Below the pieces are notes generated by a model. The model saw only the letters and a list, made by a program, of their open reading frames with translations, did no database searches and was not told the DNA's origin. From NCBI GenBank assembly GCA_031372065.1, contig JANMKN010000388.1, forward strand, positions 1-64,000: a stretch of 64,000 nucleotides of DNA, in the 5' to 3' direction. This DNA is from Abditibacteriaceae bacterium (GTDB taxonomy: Bacteria > Armatimonadota > Abditibacteriia > Abditibacteriales > Abditibacteriaceae). The position numbers and the translations under genes are program-made. Shown here piece by piece: positions 1 to 8,288 of this stretch (position 1 is its first letter; every line of letters begins with the position of its first letter).

Positions 1-7
1 ATTTTTC

Positions 8-733
8 ATGAAACTCAGCGTTTTGATGCCGGTTTACAACGAGCGCGCCACGCTGCACGAAATTTTGCGGCGCGTGCAGGCTGTGCCGATTGACAAAGAA
101 ATTATCATCGTGGACAACTGCTCAACGGACGGCACTCGCGAAGATTTACAAGCGATGCTCGCTTCCAGCGAAGCCGAAAATGCTGACGGTTCGGGGCGTT
201 TGCGTGTCGTTTTGCAGCCGCGTAATGGCGGCAAAGGTTCCAGTGTGCGACGCGCTTTGGAACTGGCGCGCGGCGAATGGGTGATTGTGCAAGATGCCGA
301 TTTGGAATATGACCCGCAGGATTATTTGCAACTGCTGATGGTAGCCGAGCGTTCGCCTAATCGCCACGCGGTTTTTGGCTCACGTCTCCAGCGCGGCACC
401 GATTCGCTCAAGGGAATGCCGCACACTTCGTTTTATTACGGGCGCATCGGGCTTTCGATTTTGTTTCGCATTTTATACGCCTCGCCGCTTTCGGATGTGG
501 CAACGTGTTATAAATTGATGCGCCGCAGTCTTGCGCAGTCGCTGGATTTAAAAGGCAGCGGTTTTGAACTGGATTTTGAAATCCCGGCGCGCTTGCGGCG
601 GCGCGGCGTGCGCATTTATGAAGTGCCAGTTTCGTATGCGCCGCGCACCGAACTGGAAGGCAAAAAAATCCGCGTCGTGAAGGATGGCTTGCACGCTGCG
701 TGGACGCTGATTAAATATCGTTTTAGCGGTTAG
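8..733 (+). CDS. Glycosyltransferase family 2 (DPM1/polyprenol-phosphate glycosyltransferase-like)
   Basis: N-terminal LSVLMPVYNE, IIIVDNCSTDGT, GGKGSS, QDADLEYDP (DxD), SDVATCYK, FELDFEI and EVPVSYAPR motifs. Confidence 0.9.
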   Translation: MKLSVLMPVYNERATLHEILRRVQAVPIDKEIIIVDNCSTDGTREDLQAMLASSEAENADGSGRLRVVLQPRNGGKGSSVRRALELARGEWVIVQDADLEYDPQDYLQLLMVAERSPNRHAVFGSRLQRGTDSLKGMPHTSFYYGRIGLSILFRILYASPLSDVATCYKLMRRSLAQSLDLKGSGFELDFEIPARLRRRGVRIYEVPVSYAPRTELEGKKIRVVKDGLHAAWTLIKYRFSG

Positions 734-793
734 CTATGAGCGGTTAGCTTTTAGCCGATTTCAATGTTCATAGCTTAATGCTCAACGCTCACA
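724..793. repeat. 7-bp periodic (heptamer) repeat with inverted arm
   Basis: tagcggt-tagctat-gagcggt-tagcttt-tagccga (724-758), then inverted-type units gttcata-gcttaat-gctcaac-gctcaca (766-793). Confidence 0.7.
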
Positions 794-804
794 TCTGAAA
801 TTTT

Positions 805-2673
805 ATGGAAACTCGCCGTAATTATTTTGCAATTTTCGCCGGCGTTTTTCTGGCGCTGATTGCCTTCGTGACATATTTAGCAACGCGCTGTTCGCCCGAA
901 GATATTGCCAAAGAACGCTTGAAAGCAATGGCGAAAAAGGTCGAACGCAAGGCCAAAAACAAGTTCATGGAAACGATGGGCAACGCGGCCATCGAAGGCG
1001 GTGAACTATCGGGCAACGACGACCAAGGCCGTCCTTTGTGGTCGGTGGGCGCCGAAAAAAGCAACGTGCGTGCTGGCGACAACGACGAAATGCAAGCGAC
1101 GTTAACTGGCGCCCACGCCACGCTGTATAACCAAGGCGCGCCGGAAACGACATTTCGCAGCGCAACAATGGAACTCACGCGCGATGCCAACGACAAAGTG
1201 CGCCTTGTTCTCAGCGGCGGCGTGACAGCGAAAACTTCATCGCAAGCCATCGCGCAAATTGCCAAAACGACAAAGCAAAAAATCAAAAACGCGCCGCAGG
1301 GCGTGATGCAAATGCAATCGAAAGATGCCGAAATTGATGTAAATGCGCGCCGTTTGGTCGCCAAAAACGGTGTGGTTATGACACAAGGCGAAGGCATGAA
1401 AGCCGTCAAAGTGACCGCGCCGCAATTGGTTGCCGATGTTGGCCTCGCCAACGCCAAATTAACGGGCGGCATTGTCGCCAATGCGCCGCAGGGCACGTTC
1501 AAAGCGCCCTCGGCGACATGGAATTGGAAGAACCATCGCCTCAGTGTGATGGGCGGCGTGACGGCCACGCATGAAAGCACGACCATCACGGGGGCGCGTT
1601 TGGATGCCGACACGCAAAGCAAAAGCGGCACAATTTCAGGCGATGTAGAAATCAAAGCGCCGCAAGGACAAGCCAGCGCGCAAAGCGTGACTTACAATTG
1701 GGATGCAAGGCATATCATGGCGCGCGGCAATGTGAATTTGAAAAAAGATAATGGATTGCTGCGCGCGGGCCGCATCGAAGGCGATGACAAATTGCAAAAC
1801 GCTTCTGCCAGCGGCGGCGTGATTTTGCAAAAAGACGGCGTGCGCCTCACAGCAAACAGCGCCAAAGCGACAAACGGCCTGTCGCGTGCCAGTGCGTCCG
1901 GCGATGTAACCATCACCAAAGATGATGTAATTTTGCGCGCCGCCAACATTCAATCGTTTGATAATTTCAATCGCGCCGAAGCCTCCGGCGCCGTTCATTT
2001 GACTAAGGGCAACACAACCTTGCGCGCCGGGCGCGCCGAAGTTTTTGATAAAGGCGCGCGCGCGGTGGCAAATGGCGGCGTAACTTTGACGCAAGGCAAT
2101 TTGACTGTAAATGCCAATCGCGCCGAAGCCCAAAATATCAATCAAAAAGGCGCCTTGCGTGTAGTGGCGAATGGCAAAGTGCGACTGAGCCAAGCCGATT
2201 TGAAAGTGACGGCGGGCCGCGCCGAAGCGACAAACACCGACAGCGAAAAATCGCGCCGCATTATCGCATCGGGCGGCGTGACGGCGCAAAATTCCACTGG
2301 CTGGGTGCGCGCCTCGCGGGTGACATGGGGCAACGGCAAAGTGGACGCGACAGGCGGCGTGAGCGCGAAACGCGGTGAACTAACTTTGTCTGCCGATGCC
2401 TTTGCGGGCGATGACAAAGGCACAAACGCGCTGTTAAGCGGCCATGTGGTGGTCAGACATTCCAATGGCGCTTCTTTGCAAGCGCCTTCGGCACGCTATG
2501 GGAAAAAAGCTAACAAAGTCATCGCCAGCGGCGGCATCATTTACAAAGATGCTCAAGGCAGCGTGGCTCGTGGCGAATCGTTGGTCGCTAATCTGGAATT
2601 GAAGCAAGCGCAGATTTCGGGCGTCAAAGCGCAAATCAAATTGGATAACTACAGCGGCAAAAACTTATTTTAG
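805..2673 (+). CDS. Elongated LptC/LptA(OstA)-like beta-jellyroll protein with N-terminal membrane anchor
   Basis: Single N-terminal TM, LptC-like 'DDQGRPLWSVGA' segment, many repeats of A-x-G-x-V-x-(L/I)...L-x-A; lies upstream of lptA-like and lptB genes. Confidence 0.7.
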   Translation: METRRNYFAIFAGVFLALIAFVTYLATRCSPEDIAKERLKAMAKKVERKAKNKFMETMGNAAIEGGELSGNDDQGRPLWSVGAEKSNVRAGDNDEMQATLTGAHATLYNQGAPETTFRSATMELTRDANDKVRLVLSGGVTAKTSSQAIAQIAKTTKQKIKNAPQGVMQMQSKDAEIDVNARRLVAKNGVVMTQGEGMKAVKVTAPQLVADVGLANAKLTGGIVANAPQGTFKAPSATWNWKNHRLSVMGGVTATHESTTITGARLDADTQSKSGTISGDVEIKAPQGQASAQSVTYNWDARHIMARGNVNLKKDNGLLRAGRIEGDDKLQNASASGGVILQKDGVRLTANSAKATNGLSRASASGDVTITKDDVILRAANIQSFDNFNRAEASGAVHLTKGNTTLRAGRAEVFDKGARAVANGGVTLTQGNLTVNANRAEAQNINQKGALRVVANGKVRLSQADLKVTAGRAEATNTDSEKSRRIIASGGVTAQNSTGWVRASRVTWGNGKVDATGGVSAKRGELTLSADAFAGDDKGTNALLSGHVVVRHSNGASLQAPSARYGKKANKVIASGGIIYKDAQGSVARGESLVANLELKQAQISGVKAQIKLDNYSGKNLF

Positions 2674-2758
2674 CGTGTTGTTTTGCGCACGGTGTAGGCG
2701 CTCAGGGAAGGCCCTGTGGTATCCTCAATTCATCGTTAGGACGTTACGCACATTGTTC

Positions 2759-4066
2759 ATGAATACACGAAATTCTCGTTTGGTCAACTTATTGGTCGTG
2801 CCGGTTTTTTCTTGCCTTTTCTTGCCGCAGGTCGCTGCTCGTGCGCAGCAGGGAGCCACGAAAACGGTGAAAATTGGTGGAAATTTGAATGTCGAAGCTG
2901 GCAGCGTCAAATTGTTCACCGGCGCCAAGCAAGGCGCGCTCATCGAAGGAACGCCAACCAAACCGGCGCATATTTGGTTTCCGGCAGCCGATGCCAAAGA
3001 GCCGCCACAATTGGATGTCACTTCGCCGCACATCGAAATTTTGTCCGATAAAAACAATACGCTCAAAGGCGTGGTTGCGACAAAAGGAGTGCAGTTTGAG
3101 GTATCTTTGTCGCAAAAAAACGGGCCGCCAGTGCGCGTTCAGGCTAAATGCGACAACGCCACTTTGAATCGCACCGATGCGGCGCGCGTTTTGACCTTAA
3201 ACGGCGGCGTGGATGGCTGGTTTCAAAGCGGCGATGGCCCGCGCAACCAACTGCGCGGCCAAACCGTCACCATCACCTCGCAGCCGGATGCAGCCACTTC
3301 GTTAATCGCCGATATTAAAGGCGATACGCAAGGAATTCGTGTGGACGTGCCGCCAGACGGCAAATCCGCCTCCGGTGTTAAACCAGTGATTGTTACCGCG
3401 CAAAATGCGCAGTTGCGACAGGGCAAAAATGGATTGGAAGCGGATGTGGACGGCGGGACGCAAGGCGTGCGCATGGAAATTCCCCCACAGCCAAAAACTG
3501 GAAACGCGAGTGCTTTGGCAATGGGCATGATTGTGCTGACCGCGCAACGTGCCAGCGTGCGCCAAGCCGATGGCACGGCGCACTTGATGGGCAACGCGCA
3601 CGCCGCTTCGAATGGCGAAGGGCAAGGCACATTTGACGTTGCCGCCGATGAATTCACGTTAAGCCGCAAGCCCGACGGCGAAATTGATGTGCTGAAAAGC
3701 AAAGGGCGCACGCGTCTTAAGCTTGGTTTGCCGCCCGATGCCAATGCCAAACCATTGGTCGCAACAAAGAACAAAATTGCGTTTGGCAAGCCCGATTATA
3801 TCGAAGTCGAATCCAACTCTGCGACGGCGGATTTGGCAAAGAACACTTTGATTTTTGAAGGCGATGTGAAAGGCTTTTATCGTTTGCCAACCGCCAATGC
3901 CCCTGCCGCTACGCCATCAAAGGACTACAAATTTTCTGGTCAGCGCGCCATTATGTCTTACGCCCCGGAAACGGGGGACATCGCGCGCGGATTAAACGTT
4001 GAAGTAGAAGGCGGCACCGAGCAAGCCGTCATCGAGTTGCCTGGCTTTTCGATAGATAATTTCTAA
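2759..4066 (+). CDS. LptA/OstA-like exported beta-jellyroll protein
   Basis: Signal peptide from ATG 2759 (MNTRNS...AARA); beta-rich with LTLNGGVDG, HLMGNAHA and LIFEGDVKG motifs; located between the LptC-like gene and lptB. Start moved from the ORF-track position 2675. Confidence 0.6.
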   Translation: MNTRNSRLVNLLVVPVFSCLFLPQVAARAQQGATKTVKIGGNLNVEAGSVKLFTGAKQGALIEGTPTKPAHIWFPAADAKEPPQLDVTSPHIEILSDKNNTLKGVVATKGVQFEVSLSQKNGPPVRVQAKCDNATLNRTDAARVLTLNGGVDGWFQSGDGPRNQLRGQTVTITSQPDAATSLIADIKGDTQGIRVDVPPDGKSASGVKPVIVTAQNAQLRQGKNGLEADVDGGTQGVRMEIPPQPKTGNASALAMGMIVLTAQRASVRQADGTAHLMGNAHAASNGEGQGTFDVAADEFTLSRKPDGEIDVLKSKGRTRLKLGLPPDANAKPLVATKNKIAFGKPDYIEVESNSATADLAKNTLIFEGDVKGFYRLPTANAPAATPSKDYKFSGQRAIMSYAPETGDIARGLNVEVEGGTEQAVIELPGFSIDNF

Positions 4067-4119
4067 ATCTTGCATTTTAATTGCTGGATTCATCCTCAAT
4101 TCAAAAATCCAAAAATTCC

Positions 4120-4890
4120 ATGCCTTCTGCGCCGCCTCTCAAAAAAAATAACCCTTTGCTGTTTGCTGATGGCACGCCAGCGGCCATTGTCGCCAGCAAG
4201 TTGCGCAAAACCTACAACGGGCGTGTAGTAGTGGATGGCGTTTCCATCGAAGTGCAGCGCGGCGAAGTTGTCGGTTTGCTTGGGCCAAACGGGGCGGGAA
4301 AAACGACTTCGTTTTACATGATTATGGGTCTTGTGCCCGCTGAGGGCGGTTCGGTGCATTTGGGCGAAGAGAACATCACGCATTGGCCGATGCACCAGCG
4401 CGCACGCGGCGGCGTTGGCTATCTGGCGCAGGAATCGTCTGTGTTTCGCAAACTCAGCGCCGAAGACAATGTGCGCGCGGTTTTGCAGTTGATGCCACTT
4501 TCCAAATCGGAACGCGAAGCGCGCTGCGAACAACTATTGGGCGAATTTGGTTTGTTGAATAAACGTCATATTTTAGGAATGCGCTTGTCGGGCGGCGAAA
4601 GGCGGCGCGTGGAAATCGCGCGCACTTTAGCCACCGATCCGTTTTTCATCTTGCTCGACGAGCCGTTTACCGGCATTGACCCGATTGTGCGTCAGGAAAT
4701 TCGCACTATCGTGCGGCGTTTGTGCGAACAAGGCATCGGCGTGCTGATTACCGATCATAACGAAATGGAAACGCTGCGCATCATTGATCGTGGCTATATT
4801 TTGTCCGATGGAAAAGTCATTGCCCAAGGCACCTCGCAGGAACTTTTGAGCGACGACGAAGCCCGCCGCGTTTACTTCGGGCACGAGTAA
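4120..4890 (+). CDS. lptB: LPS export ABC transporter ATP-binding protein LptB
   Basis: GLLGPNGAGKTTSFYM, GYLAQESSVFRKLS, LSGGERRRVEIAR, LLDEPFTGIDP and GVLITDHN are LptB hallmarks. ATG 4120 preferred over TTG 4081. Confidence 0.93.
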   Translation: MPSAPPLKKNNPLLFADGTPAAIVASKLRKTYNGRVVVDGVSIEVQRGEVVGLLGPNGAGKTTSFYMIMGLVPAEGGSVHLGEENITHWPMHQRARGGVGYLAQESSVFRKLSAEDNVRAVLQLMPLSKSEREARCEQLLGEFGLLNKRHILGMRLSGGERRRVEIARTLATDPFFILLDEPFTGIDPIVRQEIRTIVRRLCEQGIGVLITDHNEMETLRIIDRGYILSDGKVIAQGTSQELLSDDEARRVYFGHE

Positions 4891-4940
4891 TTAGGTTTTA
4901 GGTGCTGGAAACGCTCCCAAAAACCAAAACCCAAAATCCA
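4891..4940. repeat. 7-bp periodic repeat with inverted arms
   Basis: ttaggtt-ttaggtg ... cccaaaa-accaaaa-cccaaaa between lptB and the next gene. Confidence 0.5.
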
Positions 4941-4942
4941 CG

Positions 4943-6526
4943 ATGTCAACTCCCCTTTTCCTTTTGCTTGGTCTGACTATAGCGACCTGCGTGATCGCGT
5001 ATTGGTCGGATAATCTCGGCAAAAAACTGGGGAAAAAACGCGTCAGCTTGTTCGGTCTGCGTCCGCGTCAAACGGCGACCTTGATGACGATGACTTCCAG
5101 TGTGGTCATCATGTTTTTTACTTTGGGTGTGCTTTTAGCCACCAATAGCGGTTTGCGCGGCGCGCTTTTGCGATACGACAAAGAACGCGCCGACAATCGC
5201 GATTTACGCCAAAAGAACAGTGCCTTGCGAACCGAGCAAAAGAATTTGCAATCGGAAGTTGGCAGCGCCCAAAAGCAGGCTGCCGGTGCCAAAAAACAAG
5301 CCTCAGATGCCCAAAAACAGGCTTCGTCCTTCAAAACGCAGGCTTTTGAGGCGCATAATAATTACCAGAGCGCATTGGGCCTTCTTAAAGGCCAAAAAGC
5401 ACAATTGCGCGTCGCCAAAAGTGCCGAGCGTGCAGCACATTCGCGCGAAAACGCAGCGCGCGCTGGCGAATATGCTGCGAAAGCCAGCGCTCGAAAAGTC
5501 GGTCTTGAGTTAGCAAATAAGAAGAAGGAATTAAGCACAGTAAACCTTGATTTGGCAACGGCTCGAACCAATTTGGATACCCTGCAAGCGCAACTATCCA
5601 AGGCTCAAGAAAGCGTAATACAAACGCAGGCGAAATTAAAGGATGAGCAAAATAAAGTCGCCATGCAGCAAAACGACTTTGAGAGAGTCGCCCAGGCTTC
5701 GCAAAAACTTCAAGCGGAATTAGTGCGACAGATCAATCAACTACAGCAAAACATAGAAGATTTCAGAACCCAAAAAGTAAGTTTGGAACAAGATATTAAC
5801 GAATTGAACAGTCGAATTATACGACTCAAATTATTACAAACTCAACTGTCACAACCCTCAGCAGAAACGATTGATGTGGTCAAAGGTGCGGTCTACGCAG
5901 ATGCCTTAATTCCACCGCATACTAATGCGTCGGACACTACTGAAAAGTTGCGTGCCATGTTGAACGAAGGCCGCGAAGAATTAGCTCGAAATAACGAAAA
6001 ACGCACTATTAAGTTACTGCTTAAGACCGGCGAAGAGTTGCCACAGGAAGTCATTATTAAATCGTTGGCTCAATTTCTCCAAAGCTTGGATACGCCAGCT
6101 TCCGTGCGGCTAAGTGCCTATCGTTTTCACGCCAGAGAGGAAACTGAAATTCAGTGCTTTTTTGTGGTAGTGCAGTCGCGTATAGCGTTTGTGCGCGATG
6201 AAGTCATGGCCTCGAAGATTATTGATGGCTCACAAAGCGATGCGCGTATTTTTAATCAACTATTGCACGACCTATTAGATGCAGGTGAAAGTGAAGCGAA
6301 TAAGAAGGGTGTTGTGCCTATTTTGAAGCGTGGTGAGAAGATTTATGCCGATGGCACCAACGAACGCCTGTTTGAAGTTTTGCGTCGCGTTCAAGCCATC
6401 GGAAAACCTGTCGAAGTGCGTTTGGTGGCCGATGCTAATCTCACAACCATTGAGCCATTGCGCGTGCATTTTGAAGTCGGCAAGCCCGATTCCAATAAGA
6501 CGGTCAGTTCGCCCGATTCGCTGTGA
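4943..6526 (+). CDS. DUF3084 family membrane-anchored coiled-coil protein
   Basis: IAYWSDNLGKKLGKKRVSLFGLRPRQTA matches the DUF3084 N-terminus; two TMs followed by a long coiled coil; typical neighbour of lptB and YqgF. Confidence 0.85.
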   Translation: MSTPLFLLLGLTIATCVIAYWSDNLGKKLGKKRVSLFGLRPRQTATLMTMTSSVVIMFFTLGVLLATNSGLRGALLRYDKERADNRDLRQKNSALRTEQKNLQSEVGSAQKQAAGAKKQASDAQKQASSFKTQAFEAHNNYQSALGLLKGQKAQLRVAKSAERAAHSRENAARAGEYAAKASARKVGLELANKKKELSTVNLDLATARTNLDTLQAQLSKAQESVIQTQAKLKDEQNKVAMQQNDFERVAQASQKLQAELVRQINQLQQNIEDFRTQKVSLEQDINELNSRIIRLKLLQTQLSQPSAETIDVVKGAVYADALIPPHTNASDTTEKLRAMLNEGREELARNNEKRTIKLLLKTGEELPQEVIIKSLAQFLQSLDTPASVRLSAYRFHAREETEIQCFFVVVQSRIAFVRDEVMASKIIDGSQSDARIFNQLLHDLLDAGESEANKKGVVPILKRGEKIYADGTNERLFEVLRRVQAIGKPVEVRLVADANLTTIEPLRVHFEVGKPDSNKTVSSPDSL

Positions 6527-6969
6527 ATTTTCTTGTCATGGGCAACGCACAAAATGCAGCGACCATCGTGCCCTCGCTGGTGTTAGCTGTTGATCCAGGC
6601 CGCGATAAATGCGGCGTTGCCATTGTCACAAGCGAGGACGAAATTCGATTTCATCGCGTTGTGCCCGTGGCGAAAATGCGCGCCATGCTCGAAGAACTCG
6701 CACAAAACTGGCATTTTACGCATCTCGTTTTAGGAAATTCAACTTCCTCGCAAGAGTGGCGCCAAAGAATCAGCGATTGGTTGCCCGAAGTCACCATAAT
6801 CTTGCAAGATGAACGCGGCTCAACCTTAGCAGCGCGTCCACTGTATTGGCAACATAATCCGCCGCGCGGCTGGCGTCGCCTGGTGCCGCTGTCGCTGCAA
6901 CACCCGCCTGAACCGATTGACGATTTCGCCGCTGTGGTTTTAGCGCGGCGCTTTTTTCAGTTGTCTTGA
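6523..6969 (+). CDS. YqgF/RuvX-like RNase H-fold nuclease (pre-16S rRNA maturation family)
   Basis: VLAVDPGRDKCGVA, LVLGNSTSS, DERGSTLAAR, PPRGWRRLVP and PIDDFAAVVLA. The start may be ATG 6538. Confidence 0.85.
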   Translation: MNFLVMGNAQNAATIVPSLVLAVDPGRDKCGVAIVTSEDEIRFHRVVPVAKMRAMLEELAQNWHFTHLVLGNSTSSQEWRQRISDWLPEVTIILQDERGSTLAARPLYWQHNPPRGWRRLVPLSLQHPPEPIDDFAAVVLARRFFQLS

Positions 6970-6977
6970 CCGCAAGA

Positions 6978-8276
6978 TCACGCGAAGACTTCCAAGGCCG
7001 GTTGCGCTTTGTTGCCGACAGTAAACGGGCGTCCGCTGGGTGAGACGACTTCTTTTGTCAGCGGCAAACCGGCGGCGTGGCCGATGGTGGCGTGAAACGA
7101 GCCGATAGTCATCGGCTTGTCGGCTGGTTCGTAGCCTGTGGCATTGCTGGCGCCGTGAACGTGGCCGCGCTTGACGCCGCCGCCCGCCAAAACTGTCGAA
7201 AAGCAAATCGGATGATGCCCGCGTCCGCCGCCGTCGAAGTTGGGTTTGCGGCCAAATTCCGTCGTGACGGCGACTAATGTTGTATCCAGCAATCCTTGCG
7301 CATCCAAGTCGGCGACGAGCGCGGCGAAAGCCGAATCGAACTCATTACCTTTGTCGGTCATGCGGTCTTCGAGATCGTCGTGCATATCCCAGCCGCCGCT
7401 TTCGACTTCGATAAAGCGCACGCCCACTTGCACCAAGCGGCGCGCTAACAAGCAGCCTTGGCCGAATTTATTGCGGCCATAATCGTCGCGCAGTTTCTCG
7501 GTTTCGTTGGATAAATCGAAAGCTTTCAATTCGCTACTGCGCATCAGGCGCAAGGTGTTGTCGTAAAAATCGTTGTAGGCTTTGACGTTTTCGTCGGGGA
7601 AGTGCTGGCGAAAATCCTGATCGAGTTCATTGGCTAATGAAAGGCGCGCTGCGGTGCGCTCGGAGCCGGAGGCCGCCGCTGAATTTTGCAAGCCCTCTTC
7701 GGGGTCGAGAATCGGCAGCGGCGAATAGGTGGCAGGAAAAAAGCCGTTGCCATGCCGCGATGGTTGATTAATGCACACCGACGAGGGCAAAGTTTGATGG
7801 CTCGGCCCCAAATAATGTTGGCACCACGCGCCCATAGCCGGATGCACAACCGTGCCGCGCTGCTCGTAAGCGGTGCGCATTAAATAGGCTGCCTGCGCGT
7901 GAACGCCGACTTTGGCCGTCATAGAGCGGATAACGCAGATTTTATCGGCCACGCCGACGGTTTTGGGTAGAAATTCGGTCAACTGAAAGCCCGCCTTGGT
8001 GCCGACTGCTTTGGCTGGGCCTTGCGCCTCGCCGGTTTTCGGGTCGAAGGTATCAATATGGCTGAGTCCGCCCGAAAGACGCAGCCAAATGATGTTTTTC
8101 GCACGACCAAAGCCCGGCAAAGCCGCGTTACTGTTTGCCGCCGCATTTTGCGGCGCCGCCAATGCCGCGCTGCCTTTGACAAGCGGCAAAATGCTCAGGC
8201 CAAACGCCGCGCGCGCGCAACGCTCCACAAAAGCGCGGCGCGAAACGGAATCTTTGGCATTCATTTGGTGGCTCAT
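6978..8276 (-). CDS. DUF1501 family protein, Tat-exported
   Basis: SRRAFV Tat motif; LSGGLSHIDTFDPK, FGQGCLLARRLV, GGWDMH, TEFGRKP, GRGHHP and LAGGGVKRG. Confidence 0.9.
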   Translation of the reverse strand: MSHQMNAKDSVSRRAFVERCARAAFGLSILPLVKGSAALAAPQNAAANSNAALPGFGRAKNIIWLRLSGGLSHIDTFDPKTGEAQGPAKAVGTKAGFQLTEFLPKTVGVADKICVIRSMTAKVGVHAQAAYLMRTAYEQRGTVVHPAMGAWCQHYLGPSHQTLPSSVCINQPSRHGNGFFPATYSPLPILDPEEGLQNSAAASGSERTAARLSLANELDQDFRQHFPDENVKAYNDFYDNTLRLMRSSELKAFDLSNETEKLRDDYGRNKFGQGCLLARRLVQVGVRFIEVESGGWDMHDDLEDRMTDKGNEFDSAFAALVADLDAQGLLDTTLVAVTTEFGRKPNFDGGGRGHHPICFSTVLAGGGVKRGHVHGASNATGYEPADKPMTIGSFHATIGHAAGLPLTKEVVSPSGRPFTVGNKAQPALEVFA

Positions 8277-8288
8277 AAATTCTCCGTT

